64,000 nt of DNA from Pseudogymnoascus verrucosus (taxonomy: Eukaryota), in assembly GCA_001662655.1 (NCBI GenBank), contig KV460272.1; one strand, written 5' to 3'. Both the position numbers and the translations under genes were made by a program. Position 1 is the stretch's first letter, and each line of letters opens with the position of its first letter. The notes beneath the pieces were generated by a model that saw only the letters and a list, made by a program, of their open reading frames with translations, was not told the DNA's origin and searched no databases. Shown piece by piece: positions 1 through 12,653 of the stretch.

Positions 1-93
1 AAGATTCGAGTCATGATTCGGCGAATACCTCAAAAATATGAATGATTCGGCGGATCGCCGAATAGTATTCGGGGGGTGATTCGCCGCACACTG
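1..93. mobile_element. Probable terminus of a hAT-family DNA transposon (rest of element lies outside the window)
   Basis: Minus strand read from 93 gives CAGTGTGCGGCGAATCA..., resembling fungal hAT TIRs (CAG(A/T)GTG..., Restless-type). It is followed by clustered subterminal GATTCG(G)/CCGAAT repeats in both orientations. Neither the other end nor a transposase is visible. Confidence 0.5.
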
Positions 94-338
94 CCCCTAC
101 CACGAAGCATCTATATAAGCTCCTGCCTCAGACAACGCGGTGGGTATCAGAGGTGAGTTCATCGTGCTACCCGCGTAGCCTGCGGCTGATGCGACCCGAA
201 GCGCGCGTGGTGCCATAGCGTCCTCGTCGTGCGTTAACCTCAGCGCCTCCTCGACGTTCTCATCATACCTCCCAACGCCTCCGACCCCACAACCCTAATC
301 TAATCCAGACCGGGTATTCCAACCCCCCCCCAAACAAG

Positions 339-611
339 GCTGATCAAACGCGCTGGTGCCTTGGGATCGCTGTGGACCCGCTGCAGGAAAGTCGGGGTTA
401 GAGCGGAAACTGGGGGTATGAGATAATTTTGGGAGGACTGCATGAGGCGATTGGATTGCAGCTTGATGTCGAGAACGAATTTATTTACGCCTCTGACCTC
501 GGGGGCAGCGTGTATCGCTTCAACATCGATGGGTCCGGGAAACATAAGCTCTACGAGGAGAGGACTGCGCGTTGGCGTAATCCGTTGCTCATAGTATATA
601 TTGTAATTTAG
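339..611 (+). pseudogene. Remnant of a fungal YWTD/LDL-receptor-like beta-propeller protein gene
   Basis: One frame reads ADQTRWCLGIAVDP, then an in-frame TAG, then YEIILGGLHEAIGLQLDVENEFIYASDLGGSVYRFNIDGSGKHKLYE. These match two motifs of fungal YWTD-propeller proteins that are normally separated, implying an internal deletion. No start exon is visible. Confidence 0.55.
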
Positions 612-726
612 TTACCATTTCACATCACATATCATCACACAACCAAAAAACAGCACACCATCTTTACAACATTCACACTCCCATTCATTCATTCTACATT
701 AACACCTGTAGTATACCACAAGATGG

Positions 727-799
727 CACGCACGCAGGCACGCACGCACGCACGCAAGCACGCACGCACGCACGCAAGCACGCACGCACGCACGCACGC
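727..799. repeat. (GCAC)n tetranucleotide microsatellite
   Basis: About 18 GCAC units with a few GCAA/GCAG variants. Confidence 0.95.
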
Positions 800-2083
800 G
801 TCCCTCCCGCGTCCCCCCCCGCGATGCCATGCCCTGCCCTGCCCTGCCCCTGATCCCCCATCCATAATCTCCATCCCTGGTCCTCATTCCTTTTCCAGCG
901 AGAGCGCTTTACTTTACTCAAACGGACGCGGAGCTGCCCCCCGCGTATCTTCCCTTTTTCATCCTCCTCCTCCCACCTCTTCATCATAACGCTCAGAACG
1001 ACACAACCTCGGCCTACTAGGACCCCTATTTCATCAGGACCCCGTCAGGGCCGCTATCCTATATCCCCCACCCCCACCCCTCACAATTTTCGACACCACT
1101 CAACAGATGCACGGCCAGCATCCACACCCGCACTCCAGCGGTGCTGCTGGTAACAAAAAAGAGCTCGTTCGCTGAGCCCCCCTACCCCACCAACATGAAA
1201 AACAAACACGAGAGTATATCCCCGAATCCAACACAAAAAAAAAAACACTCAAAGCCGGTATGGCTGGCCTCCAATGGGATGTTTGGCGTCGTTCGTGGTG
1301 GCGTCTTCGTGGAAATCCAAGGAGTTGAGAACGACGACGGCGACGACGGCGTTGGTGTGCGAGAGAGATAGCGAGCAGGTGGGGGGGAGCGAATAAAGGT
1401 GGTGGGCGTACTGCAGCGTACTACAATACCCCGTCGAAGAAAATTATAAGCTATCCAATCGCGATTCCCCCTTTCCATCGACATGGGACACAACACAAAA
1501 AAACGCCCGTGGGAATGCGCGCAAAATAAACATCCCAAGTCGGAGAAAAAGAAGGGCGAAGCGGGGGATGTAAAGAAGATGCCCCTACCCCCCTAGTTTC
1601 AAGTTGTCGTATTTGACGATAGGGGGGGATGAGGATGATGAGGTGGAAACGCTGCGATTTTGGGAATAAGGCGGACTTTTCGATTTTCGATTTTCGATTT
1701 TTGGAGTGAAAAGAAGTAGGGTATTTTTTGATTGCTGATTGACGGCATGGTGGCGAATCGAATCCCTCGCAAACAAAATCGCAGAGTTTGGTGAGGACTC
1801 CTCACTTTCGCTTTTTTTTTCTCTTCGCTCAAAAGCTCAAGTGTCGGTAGTTGGGTATGGTATGGTATGGTGTCGATGGCAGCTCGCAGAGTTCTGGTAT
1901 ATCCCCCCATTCTCCTCTCAAAAAACAAAAAACAGCAAAACAACAACCGCTGAATTGATCCAGATATGTACTTTCGTTATGTGCAAAAAAAAAGGAGGTA
2001 TCGCGTTTTCGCCAATGTCGGGTTTTTCTCTTCTTTCAATCGCATTAATTCATCAAGAGAGACAGTCAAACAAGCCGGGTCGA

Positions 2084-5000
2084 CTAGCTCGTCCCCATAA
2101 CCCCCATCCCACCATTCTGCTGTCCCTGCTGCTGTCCCTGCCCCGGCCCCCCCTGCTGCTGCTGCTGCTGTCCCCCCCCACCCCCACTCCTCCCCCAAGC
2201 AGAATGCCTCCACCCACTCCTCTCCTTATGACTATCCGGCGTGCCATTCCCCTCCCTCTGCACAAACGGTAACTTCTCTCTACTCGGGTACCCCGACCCC
2301 GACCCATCACGCTGTCCATACGGCGACGGGTGCTCTAGATCCTCCCCTGGCCCCTGCCACTGTTGCTGCGGCGGGGTGGTCTGACTCTGGCCCTGCCCCT
2401 GACTACCCCCCGACCCGCCCCCAGCGCCGTTACCGGACCCCTCTTGAACGTGTCTTACACTAGTTTCGTTCTGCCACGTCCCATTCTGCGAGTTCTCCGT
2501 CTCAACGCGCGTCACGACCGGGTGGGCGTGTGCGCGACCACTACCACTGTCGTGGGAGCGCGCAGGGCCCTGGGTTGTCTCGACGGTGTGGCGGGGCCCG
2601 CCGTTAGCAGCGATGTCGCCGTAGCGTTTGAGGATTTCTTTGGTGGTGATGTCGCTCGGGTTGGAGAAGAGGGAGGAGTCGTTGAGGATGGATTGGAGGT
2701 CTTCTGGGACCTAAAAGGGGGGGGTTGTTAGTAAAGGGGGTGTTTTTTTTGTTTGGGGGGGTTGGGGAGGAAGAGGAGGGGAGAGGAGGGGAGAGGAGGG
2801 GAGAGGAGGGGAAAGGAAAGGGGTAAAAACTTACTTCACACATCTGGTCATTACACTCAATAAGCGAATGCACCGCCTCAATCGCCAAAAAACTATCATC
2901 CATCCCCGCATTCTTCGTATTCGTAAACAGGATATTCGGCGCGATCACCGTCGCCAGATTATGCGTATCCATCTTACTCCCCGACTCCTCATCGACCTGA
3001 TGAAACGACGCCGTCCAGTTGAGGAACGAGCACAGGATCTCAAGACAATCGCGATGCACCTTGGGTAGCAGACAGCACGTGAGATGAAGCACGCGACGGC
3101 GCTTATCTTCATCCGCGATCTTTTGGGATGTGATGTACAGCCGATGCAACTTAAACGTCAGCAATGGATCAGGCAGCTCCCGAAGGTACTTCTTCAGCAG
3201 CGCAGCGACCTGGACGACATTCTCGCTCGATAAGTCCACCGCGTCGCATCCGTCCTTGTCGATCGCCGCCACCGCCTCGTTGAGCCGTTTGATATTCCCG
3301 TTCTTCCGGAACACGCCCTCGACAGACAAGTCCATCTTCCGCATCGTCGAAATCGCATCATCCACCAAGGCCGGGATGCGCAAGCTGCCGGGCCCAACGC
3401 CATCCGTTGAGTCCGCGCCGTCTCGCTCGATGATCGCTTCGAGCGGCACGCCGAAGACGCCCTTCTTCTTGGCGCCCTTGCGGCTGTCATTCTTGAACGC
3501 CTTGCCGAATTTATCCCAGAATGTCGGTTTGCGCGATTCGATGAGTCCTAAGAGCTCTTCGAGCGTGAAGTGGCCATCTAGTAAGGGCTGCATCGATAAT
3601 ACGGCTACGTGGCGAACGATGAAGTATTCGAGCGCGGTGAGTTCGGAGAAATAGCGCTTTCCGGGCGGTCCGCGCTGTGGGGAGGGTTCGCTCTCGAGAT
3701 TGGGGTTGTCGAGCTCGTTGGCGTTGGAGTAGGTCCTCTGGTGTCCATTCAGTAGCTTGGGTTCCGTGATAGATGTCTTGAATAACTCGTGTCGGGCGTG
3801 TTTATAGGCGTTCGGCCTCTGCTCCTTTGCTTGCTCAGCCGCGACGATCCTGGGGATATCATCAAGGGTAAGAGCATCCTGGTGTCCGAACAAGAGTTCC
3901 GATCTCGGCTCGCCTTGGTTATCCCGCTCCTCCACGATGTGAAAGTCGTTATTCCTCGTATCAGACCCATCAGCTCCAGCGGACCCGGGCCGCACACTCC
4001 GGCTCTCCGGTCCATCCATAATACGCGACGTCCTCGCCTTCTTGATAGTCGAAGATAAGTGCTTGTCCATACGCGTGCTGCGCAACCTCCTCACATCGTT
4101 GAGTGTGTTCTCATACGACGACTCTCGCGGGTTCTCCTCGCTCGTGCCGCCGTAGGATTTAGACCGACTCTCCTGCGTGAGAGCGGCTGGGTGTTGATCT
4201 GACGACTCGCCGAGCCGATGGCCTTCCTGTGAATTATAACCATTCAAGTTTGGATTATCAGAAGTGTGTGGCAGCGTACCGCTATTCCTCAGCATCACCA
4301 ACAGTCTCGCAAGCGCCACCCTCAGCAGGAACACATATTGCTGTAATCGCGTAACGTGAGTAAATCCAGAAACGGAATCTGGCGACCGGTTCTGGCAGTT
4401 GTTGCAGTATAGTACCCTGTCGGAATCGCTCCATCGCACGTCTTCGAGGTTATGACTGAGATCCCGAGAACAGACGCTACAGCTTAAACAGGACAGATGC
4501 CACCTCTTCTCGCCAATAAGGGCGCACTCGTCTTCTATAGGCCGTTGGCAATGCGTGCATTGATCCGAGGCGGCTCCCGCAAGGCCCGTCGTGCCAGTTG
4601 TCTCCTCCAAAGATTTCTCGTCGTCTCGGACTTGGTCCACATCGCCGAGGTCGCCCAGGAACAGGTCCAGTCCATGGGTATTCTTCATTTCGCGTTCAAC
4701 CCTGAGTGCTCCCTGGAGGCATATCCTGATAAGAAGCTTGAGATAATGTGCCAATCCCGTGACAAGCGAAAGGAGTTCCTGTGTCACGCCAAGCTTCCTA
4801 ACACCTGTCTCCTGAGTTTTCGACAGCAGCGCAAAGAACGCGACTATCTTCTTGCATAACAGTTTCGCTTCTCTCGAGTAAGAGAGACCTGCACTATGGG
4901 TTAGCTTCTGATCGCGGCTGGCCATATGCGACGTAGTACCTTTAACGCCCTGCTGGGATATGACGGCATCCAGTTTATCTGCAGATTTGAAGAGGAGATC

Positions 5001-6124
5001 AACATGCCAGATAAACTTCTTGGCTGTAAGTACTCCATCCACATAGGCACCGTTGCTGACATGAAGCAGCATATCCGAGATATTCGCCGCCGAGGACTCC
5101 TCGAACGTCGAAAGCACGCTCCAGATTCTGTACACCTTCTCTTCCATCCTCTCCTCCTCATCGCGTACCAAATTACGAGCCTCGACATCTGAGGCATCTT
5201 TGAGGAGGGGTCGCTCTGGCGGCGGTTCTGACGACGCTTCAGCGAGCCTTACATTCCAGAACTTGTGAATCATATAACACTCTGGATGCCAGTGCTGATT
5301 TTGTCCATTCCTGAATATCTCCACAAACTGCTTCAAAATCGCAGTCTGACAGCCATTGCAGCGTTGTGCGAATTGTGTCGAGTAATGGTAATGACAGTAG
5401 ACCTTGTCATCGTGCTCGTAGTAGCTGTCCTGTGCGCCAAAAACCGTAGGGCATACCGAACACGTAAAGTGGTCTATATGGTACTTGCGCTCCAACGCCG
5501 TGATATACGAGCCTCGCAGTGCCCCGCCGCATTGGTGGCATAGTAGGCCTAAGCGTCGAAAGTAATCTGTTTCGCATAATGGGTATTGGCCTTGGCCCCC
5601 CTCATCATCTACCGGGAAGAACTTTGACGCGACGATTTGTCCGCAATCCTGCAAAGCGATACTGTTAGCCGAGTCTTCTCCAAATATAGAACACACGGGA
5701 TAGGTAGACTTGCCTTGCATTTGAAGCAATCGAGATGGAACGTGCCGCCGAGTGCACGCACGAATTGCCCGGTGAGGGGCTCGCCGCACTTCTTGCATAG
5801 ACGGAGTTGCCCGCTCCCCGTCCTCTTTCCGCCACGGTGCCGCGAGCGATCCCGTTCGGAACTGTCTTTATGTGCGTCTCCTGCGATGTTGTCCATTCTT
5901 TGGTTGGTCTGGAGCGATGGTGGTGGTGGTCCTCGATTGGCCTGGTCGTAGCCATTGTTTTGGTTTTGGCGTGGGAGATTCTGCTGCTGCTGCTGTTGTT
6001 GTTGTGGGTAGCCTGAAGGGCCCATATCCCGACTGGATTGATAGCGATTATCCTCTCCCGACGGCGGTGGGCCTCCATATGCCCAGCTGGGACCAGGGGG
6101 ACCTCCCTCCGATTGAGGACCCAT
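2084..6124 (-). CDS. LRG1: LIM-domain Rho GTPase-activating protein (Lrg1-like), 4 exons
   Basis: N-terminal LIM domains (CKKC...HLDCFKC, CHQC...HFTCSVC) and a C-terminal RhoGAP (VEGVFRKNG arginine finger, NLATVIAPN). Introns at 5649-5713 (GC-AG), 4889-4939 and 2711-2834 join the ORF pieces in frame to the stop at 2084. Confidence 0.93.
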
Positions 6125-7940
6125 TATCGGAGCCAGAAGAGTATGCCAGCTTGATGTATCCCTTTATTCCCTACTTTGTCGCGATCAGAGTCGGAGGGGT
6201 CGTATCGCCGGGTATGCGCCACTTCGCTCGTGGTTTGGTTGGTGGTGGAGGACAGGACAGATCGAAGCCAAAACAGTAGAAGCAAAGGGCGTCGTGTATG
6301 GCCCAGGCGTGAAAGCAAACGAGGGTATTAACGAGCGCGATTGTTGTAGGAGATCAAACACCGAAGTAGTATCGAGACAGGAGCCGAAGCAGCTCTCCGG
6401 GATATGGTATTGGTATCCCACGAGAATGAAGCGCGACAAGCCACTCTGTGGTTTTGCCAAGGACGGTTGGATGAGGCCCTGAGCTATCTCTCTCTCTGTG
6501 TCGGGAGGAGGAGGAGTTGTTCTCAACACGCTAGCTCGTGGAAGGTGTCGAGGCTGAACGCTGGAGGAAGAATCAAACAGAGGCAGCGAGACACATTCAT
6601 TGAAGCTCTCGATGTAGATGACGGAGGTAAGCGCATGAGGGACGTGAAGTAGGTGGTGGTGGTAGTATAGTGGTGTAGTTGCAGCAGAGTGCTATATTGA
6701 GCGACTTGTGACTTGTGAGATGCGAGGTTGCGGAGTAATTAAAGGTACGAGGTAACTTTAGTAACTTTCTTCGTTTGGTGAGTGGAGGGCCAGTAGGAGG
6801 GCCAGTAAGTAGCCAGTAGGAGGAGAAGAATGGGGAGGAGTTAGGAGGAGTAGGAGGGATTAGGAGGGATTAGGAGGAGGGATGAAGGGGAAGAAGCACA
6901 GTCCGTCTCTGTCGCAAGGTACATAGGATACCCTGAGAGAGGTAGTGTGTTTGAAGTCACTCTGCAGCGGGCACGAGGTGTGAAAGTGACATGGACCGTG
7001 CAGGGTGCAGAGAGGCAGCAGAAGTAGATTTAGACAGCGAGTAAGTAAATGCGGCACGGCACAGTAGTAGAGTGTGTTAGGTGTGTGGGCTGTGTGGACT
7101 CTGGGTGTATGGAATTGGCTCTAGCGAAGGAAGGGGGCCGGGAAGAAGAAACAAGCGCTGGGAGGAGGCGTTAGAGTTACAAAAGTATGGGTTAGAGGTA
7201 CCTGTGCATACAATATTGTATGGTAGGGTACACTGTGTCGTGGCCTATGCTATCTGTCTATATCTGTCTACCCGTCTACCTGTCTCTCTGTCTACCTACC
7301 TGTCTACTACTATCTATAATAAGTTTGTATACGAACATGCCAGCGAACATTGGGGCCATTTTCTAGTTTCTCGTTTTGTCATCACCATAGGAGGATCTTA
7401 GAGGATCTTAGAGGAATGTGGTGTACAGTGATTGGATCCCCCCTCACGCTTCCAAATTTATCCCCCTTAATCCTTCGCCCTTCTCCTTTTTCTTCCCACC
7501 GCCCACCGCCTACCGTTGCGGCCCAATTGCAGCTAAGGGAGGGGGGTGGCAGTCACGTGGCTGTTGCGGAGCAACCATGGATGGGCCAGACAGACAGACA
7601 TAAATATACTCACGCTAGAGAAGAGTTGAGCCGTTAGAGTCAGGTGACTAAGAACAGAACAGCGCCATGCATCGTATATGGGCTGGGTACCATAGAACGA
7701 GACGACTACAGTATATTTAGTTCTCTGAATACTCTATATATACTATATATACAGACGATACGGAGCATCACGTGAATACACCTGGCCTGAAAAGGTAGAG
7801 TACCGGCAATTGGGAATGACAACAAGGGAATGGCAACGAGGGAATGGTACGTGGAGGGATTCACACACTAGTGAACAGATGCCCGATCTGTGTGGCCTTA
7901 TATATAGCCAGCCTTAGGGTCGAGGCTGAGGAGAGTGTAG

Positions 7941-8059
7941 AAGCATCAAACAGACAGTACACGCAGTGACAGATAAAGCATCAAACAAATGGTGCATACA
8001 GCAACGGATAAAGCATCAAACAGACAGTACATACATTGACAGACAAAGCATAAAACAGC
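7941..8059. repeat. Degenerate 35-bp minisatellite (about 3.4 copies)
   Basis: AAGCATCAAACA-type unit starts at 7941, 7976, 8011 and 8046; the remainder of each unit is also alignable. Confidence 0.85.
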
Positions 8060-8862
8060 AACAGGCATGACACAGGGAGTGCTTAGTGTCAACAAAACCA
8101 AAGGCTGATATCACAGAACAAAGACAGGAAGAACAAAGACAGCATTCATACTCAGGTATGCAAATATACTCCATATACTCTATACTCTATACTCTATACT
8201 ACTGACAATATTCTCTATTCTCTACTACCTCTCCTCTTTGCTCCCTGATCAAATAGCCGCGGGGTTGATTTGTTGGCAGTCGATCGGTGTTATCCACGGC
8301 GTCTACTCTCCTACATACGCACCCCGTGCTCGGTACATCTCGGTACATCCCAATAACTGCCACCACAGTACAGCCTCAGGTCATCCCCAGTGCCCTTCCC
8401 TCTTCCCTACAAATCTGCCACACTCTCCCCCTCTCCTACACTCACACTCCTCTCCCACACTATCCCTCTTTCAGCCTTAGCCTCACAATACCCGCCCGCT
8501 CCCACTTTCCCTAGATCAGGATAGTTCAGTTTAGAGCCAGCAAGCGGTAGAAGCACACACCAAGCCAACACCCCCACCAAACTCCCTTAGCCGCACACCT
8601 TGATAGTACGCTGCCAGCCCATACCCAGCCCATATTCTGCCTTACCCTCCCTCTTCTGACTGACCACTCCAAACAGTCAACAGCCAACACACCCAACACA
8701 ACATCCTCAAAACCACACCATTCTCCTCCCCACCCAGAATCAAACTCGTTAGGTAGCCCACCAGGTTGCCTGATCTACCATCCTACTTTCTTCATGCTTT
8801 CTCCCCCCTCTCAACCTTCAACACAAGAAGCTCGCTGAGTGAGCCATTCTGATATCGCCAAC

Positions 8863-10653
8863 ATGTCAAACCACGGAATCATTCGCATCGCAAAGGTATG
8901 TGACCCCGCCGAGAAGGGCATTTGGCTCTTGACGTGTTGGGGCCCCAGACTGACAATACATGTAGGAGCTGAGCGGCATCCAGAAGTCCAACGATCTATG
9001 TACGGAATCCCCCCAGTTTCATATCATATACTCCATACCCAATACCTGCCAGGCTCAGGCTGACACGACCCCTCTACAGCTATAGGAGTTGCCTGCCGAG
9101 ATGTCGACGTTCGAAACGTCCGCGCCATTATCTTAGGTCCCCCAGATACCCCATACGAGTTTGGGTTCTTCGAGGTGAGTGATGGACATACATATCTACT
9201 CAAAAATATACAATTCTGACAGCCTGGTAGTTTGCAGTCAGGTTTGGCAAAGGTGTGTACCATGAGCCTCCCCTAGCCTTCCCAGGCAGCCTCACTGGCA
9301 GCCACCACTGAACCAACACTAAACCACCACACAGATTACCCAGCCAAGGCGCCCTCGATCAATGCAACCACCACGAATGGCGGGAGATGCCGCTTCAACC
9401 CCAACATATACGCACAGGGGAAGGTGTGCCTGTAAGTTAATCCCGGCAATGGAGTATATTCTGAGAACTATACTGACATGAAACTAGGTCAATTCTTGGG
9501 TAACTTCACCCCAGCCCTATAATGCAAGATATCTACTAACGTACGATCTCAGCACCTGGCGCGGAGAAAGAGGAGAGGAATGGTCATCAGCCCAAGGTCT
9601 CGAATCGATCTTAATCTCCATCCAAAGCCTCATGTCCTCCAACCCCTATGAGAACGAGCCCGGCTACGAGTCCGCCAAGAGCTCAGAAGACAAACAGAAC
9701 CAAAAGAACTACGTTATGAAGGTAAGCCAGCCAACCTCATACCAAACACCCCCCACCGAAACAACCCTGCTAACACACCCCAGATCCGCCACGAAACCCT
9801 CCGAATCTCCATCATCCAACGCCTCGAAGAATACCTCGGCATCGCCGCCAACGGCACCATCCTCCCCCCCCTCACCACCGACTCCGACTCCGACTCCCTC
9901 GACTCCAACTCCGACGAATCCCTCACAGCATTCGAGCCCTTCAAAGACCTCTGCAAGCGCCGCTTCCTCTGGTACTACGACTCCTACCTCCTCGCCATCC
10001 GCAAGGCCCGCGAGGAAGTCACAGACGGCCAGCTCTTCGCGCGCATGCCCTTCGAGGGGCAGGGCAACGACATGGTTGGGAAGTTCAATTATACTGAACT
10101 TACGCGCCGACTTGAGATGATCAAGGGTACGCTGAATGCTGAGACGCATCGCTGGGCGGATGAGGGGCTCGCGCAGAAGAAGAAAGACAGCGGTGTAGCG
10201 GCGAACTTGCAGCGCCAGTACGAGCAGGTCGTCGAGGCATACAAGCGCGACTCAGCTGTAACCCTCGACATCGAGCTCGTAGACTCCAACCCCTTCGTCT
10301 GGGCGATAACCTACTTCGGCCGCCCGATGACCAATCTCGACGGCGGTCTCTTCCGCATCACTCTCCGTCTCTCTCCCCGCTTCCCGGAAGAGCAACCGCG
10401 CGCGCGCTTCGAGACTAGTCTCTTCCACCACCGTATTGCCCGCGATGGGACGCCCTGCTATACGGCAACAAGGAGCGATGATATTAAGAGCCATATTGAT
10501 GGGATCATTGAGGCGTTGGAGGAGGAGAGCCCGCCGTATGATCCGAGGACGCTGGTTAATCCCGAGGCGGCGAAGTTGTATTGGGGGACGCAGGATGAGA
10601 GGAAGGCGTATAATCGGTTGTTGAGGAGGGCGGTGCAGAGGAGTTTGGAGTAG
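8863..10653 (+). CDS. Ubiquitin-conjugating enzyme, UBE2Z-like, with a second C-terminal UBC-like domain; 8 exons
   Basis: Spliced product MSNHGIIRIAKEL...ILGPPDTPYEFGFFEF...[20 protein letters not shown]...PYENEPG. Introns 8896-8965, 9000-9079, 9175-9230, 9253-9334, 9432-9487, 9500-9552 and 9722-9783 are all GT-AG. Second domain: W...YFGRPMTNLDGGLF...FPEEQP...FHHRIARDGTPCY. Confidence 0.9.
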
Positions 10654-10954
10654 GTTCCGCTTTGTGCCAAACTCACATCCACAGGTCCACCATCCACCTC
10701 CCCACCACCAACCTCCACATCTCTCCTCATCCACCTCCCCATCTTCCCAATTTCCAATTTGTCATTTTCCAGTTTTTTCCACAAAGATATCACCACCAGC
10801 GCGGCGCTCGGGCAGCACAGCAGAGGAACACACAAACCAGATCCATCAATCAATCAATCAATCATACACAACGGCGTAAAAACAGCACATCAGCGGGGGT
10901 ATCAGCGGGGGTGCACACGGAGTCTTTTATTTTTGTCTTTCTGTCTTTTTTGAG

Positions 10955-11150
10955 GTTTAGGGGGTTAGGTTCAGGGTCAGCGGGGTATCAGGGTGTTAAG
11001 GGAAGGAAGGGATGGGGGTAGGGATCGGGGCAGGGATAGGGACTGGTATGGGGAGGGACTGGGATGGGATAGGAATAGGGTTAGGGGTTGGGATAGGGAT
11101 GAGATAAGGAAAGGGATAAGGACAGGAAGGGATATGGATGGATTGGTGGG
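10955..11150. repeat. G-rich low-complexity tract (GGGATA/GGGTTA-like units), G-quadruplex-prone
   Basis: Many GGG runs spaced 1-7 nt apart, between the convergent E2 and RIM15 3' ends. Confidence 0.6.
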
Positions 11151-12653
11151 TGAAACGGGGGAGTATTTTTATTATCTCGCTCTGCTTTGCTTTGCTATTA
11201 ACATTTTTCCCGGGGCTACGTTTGCTTTTGCTTTGTTTTTGCTGGGAAAGCAGGGTGGGGAGGGGTTATGAATTTCACGATATGATGATACGGATATGCC
11301 AGGGGACGGGGGTGCTAGATGGGATTGAGATTCTATCGCAAGGATGGATGGAGAAAGGAAGAAAGGAAGTGGTTCATTGAGTCAGATGCACGGATTTTTA
11401 TTTCCCGCGAGGAGGTCTACTGATAGGGGTTGAGAGGGGGGTTATAGCTATGACGGGGGGCTAGATCACCTGAGCGACGTACGGGATGGGGGATAGTGGT
11501 AGTGAGTGGTAGTGGTAGTGGTAGACAGACAGACAGACAGACAAGCAGACAAGCAGACGAGGAGATAAATGATATTTACCACCAAACACGTCTCCATTTG
11601 CTGCATCACTTATCACATAATTTTACATACTCTGTTCACATTCACACCCATGTTCGCCCCCATTCTCCCTCACAGTCACATTTCACAATCACACCCACAA
11701 AAAGCACACAACATGGGACTCAGTAGTTTCAAATTCTCTACTCTACCCTATCTCCAACAACCAGCTTGCCTGTCTCTCTGTCTGTCTGTATATCTGCGAT
11801 CTAGCTAGACTCATCCGCTCCGCGAGATACACAAACTAGCCCCCTCCTTGCCATGCTGTTGCTGGTAAAAAAAAGAGAAAAAAAACCCCAGTTGCTATGG
11901 GTAAAAATTCACACATGTAGTGGATCTGTATTGTACTCCCCCCTTTCTCTCTCTCTCTCTCTCTCTCTCTCCCCCCTCCACCCCCGGGCCCAATTCGCGT
12001 TTTTGCAAGGGCTCGCTCTCGTTTGTGTTCAAATTTCGGACCCGTCTACTGCAGCGGTATCCTGACACCTCCACTCCTGGTTGGTAAAAAGAAAAATTCA
12101 AAATGTAAAAGGAAAGGAAATATTGTAGTCTTCGTCGCCGTAGCGGTAGTTGATTTGTCGGATGGTTGGTAGCCGCAGCTTATCCATCCTCCATCCATAT
12201 CCGTAGCCGTAGCTATCATCGTTGTTGTATTGTTGTTGTTGTTGGTTATCGTGTTGGCTGTTGAAAAAGAAGTAAAAGTAAGTGTGCACCGAAGTGAACC
12301 GCCCCTCGCACCCATTATCGATTCCACCCAGCAAATTGAGGTTTTTATAACACAAGAAAAAAAGTGAAGACAGGTCTTTTCGCGTTGTCGAAAAGAGAAA
12401 ATCCAACGCAAGTGTGTGTGTGGAGAGTTTGAAAACGCCGGTAATGCATCTCCGCTCTCCCTCTCCCCGTCTCTCTCCTCAGTCAGTCAGTCGTTCCAAT
12501 CGACAGAGTGACACCATCCCCAAACGCCATACCATCCCATCCCAGTCCGATAACACAAAAACGCCTCGCTATCCACCCCGCCATCATCGGTACAAAAAAA
12601 AGCAGTAAACAAAACAAACACAATTTCCACCCCACATCCCTCATCAACTACCC

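Noticed and set aside
689..989. ORFs with ACVR/HART repeats
   Set aside because: Translations of the (GCAC)n microsatellite
7941..8059. CRISPR-like look (constant 12-mer plus variable spacer)
   Set aside because: The spacers are homologous to each other, the context is eukaryotic and there are no cas genes; it is an ordinary minisatellite
11076..11086. TAGGGTTAGGG as a telomere seed or telomerase RNA template
   Set aside because: Under two repeat units, embedded in a G-rich low-complexity tract, with no other support
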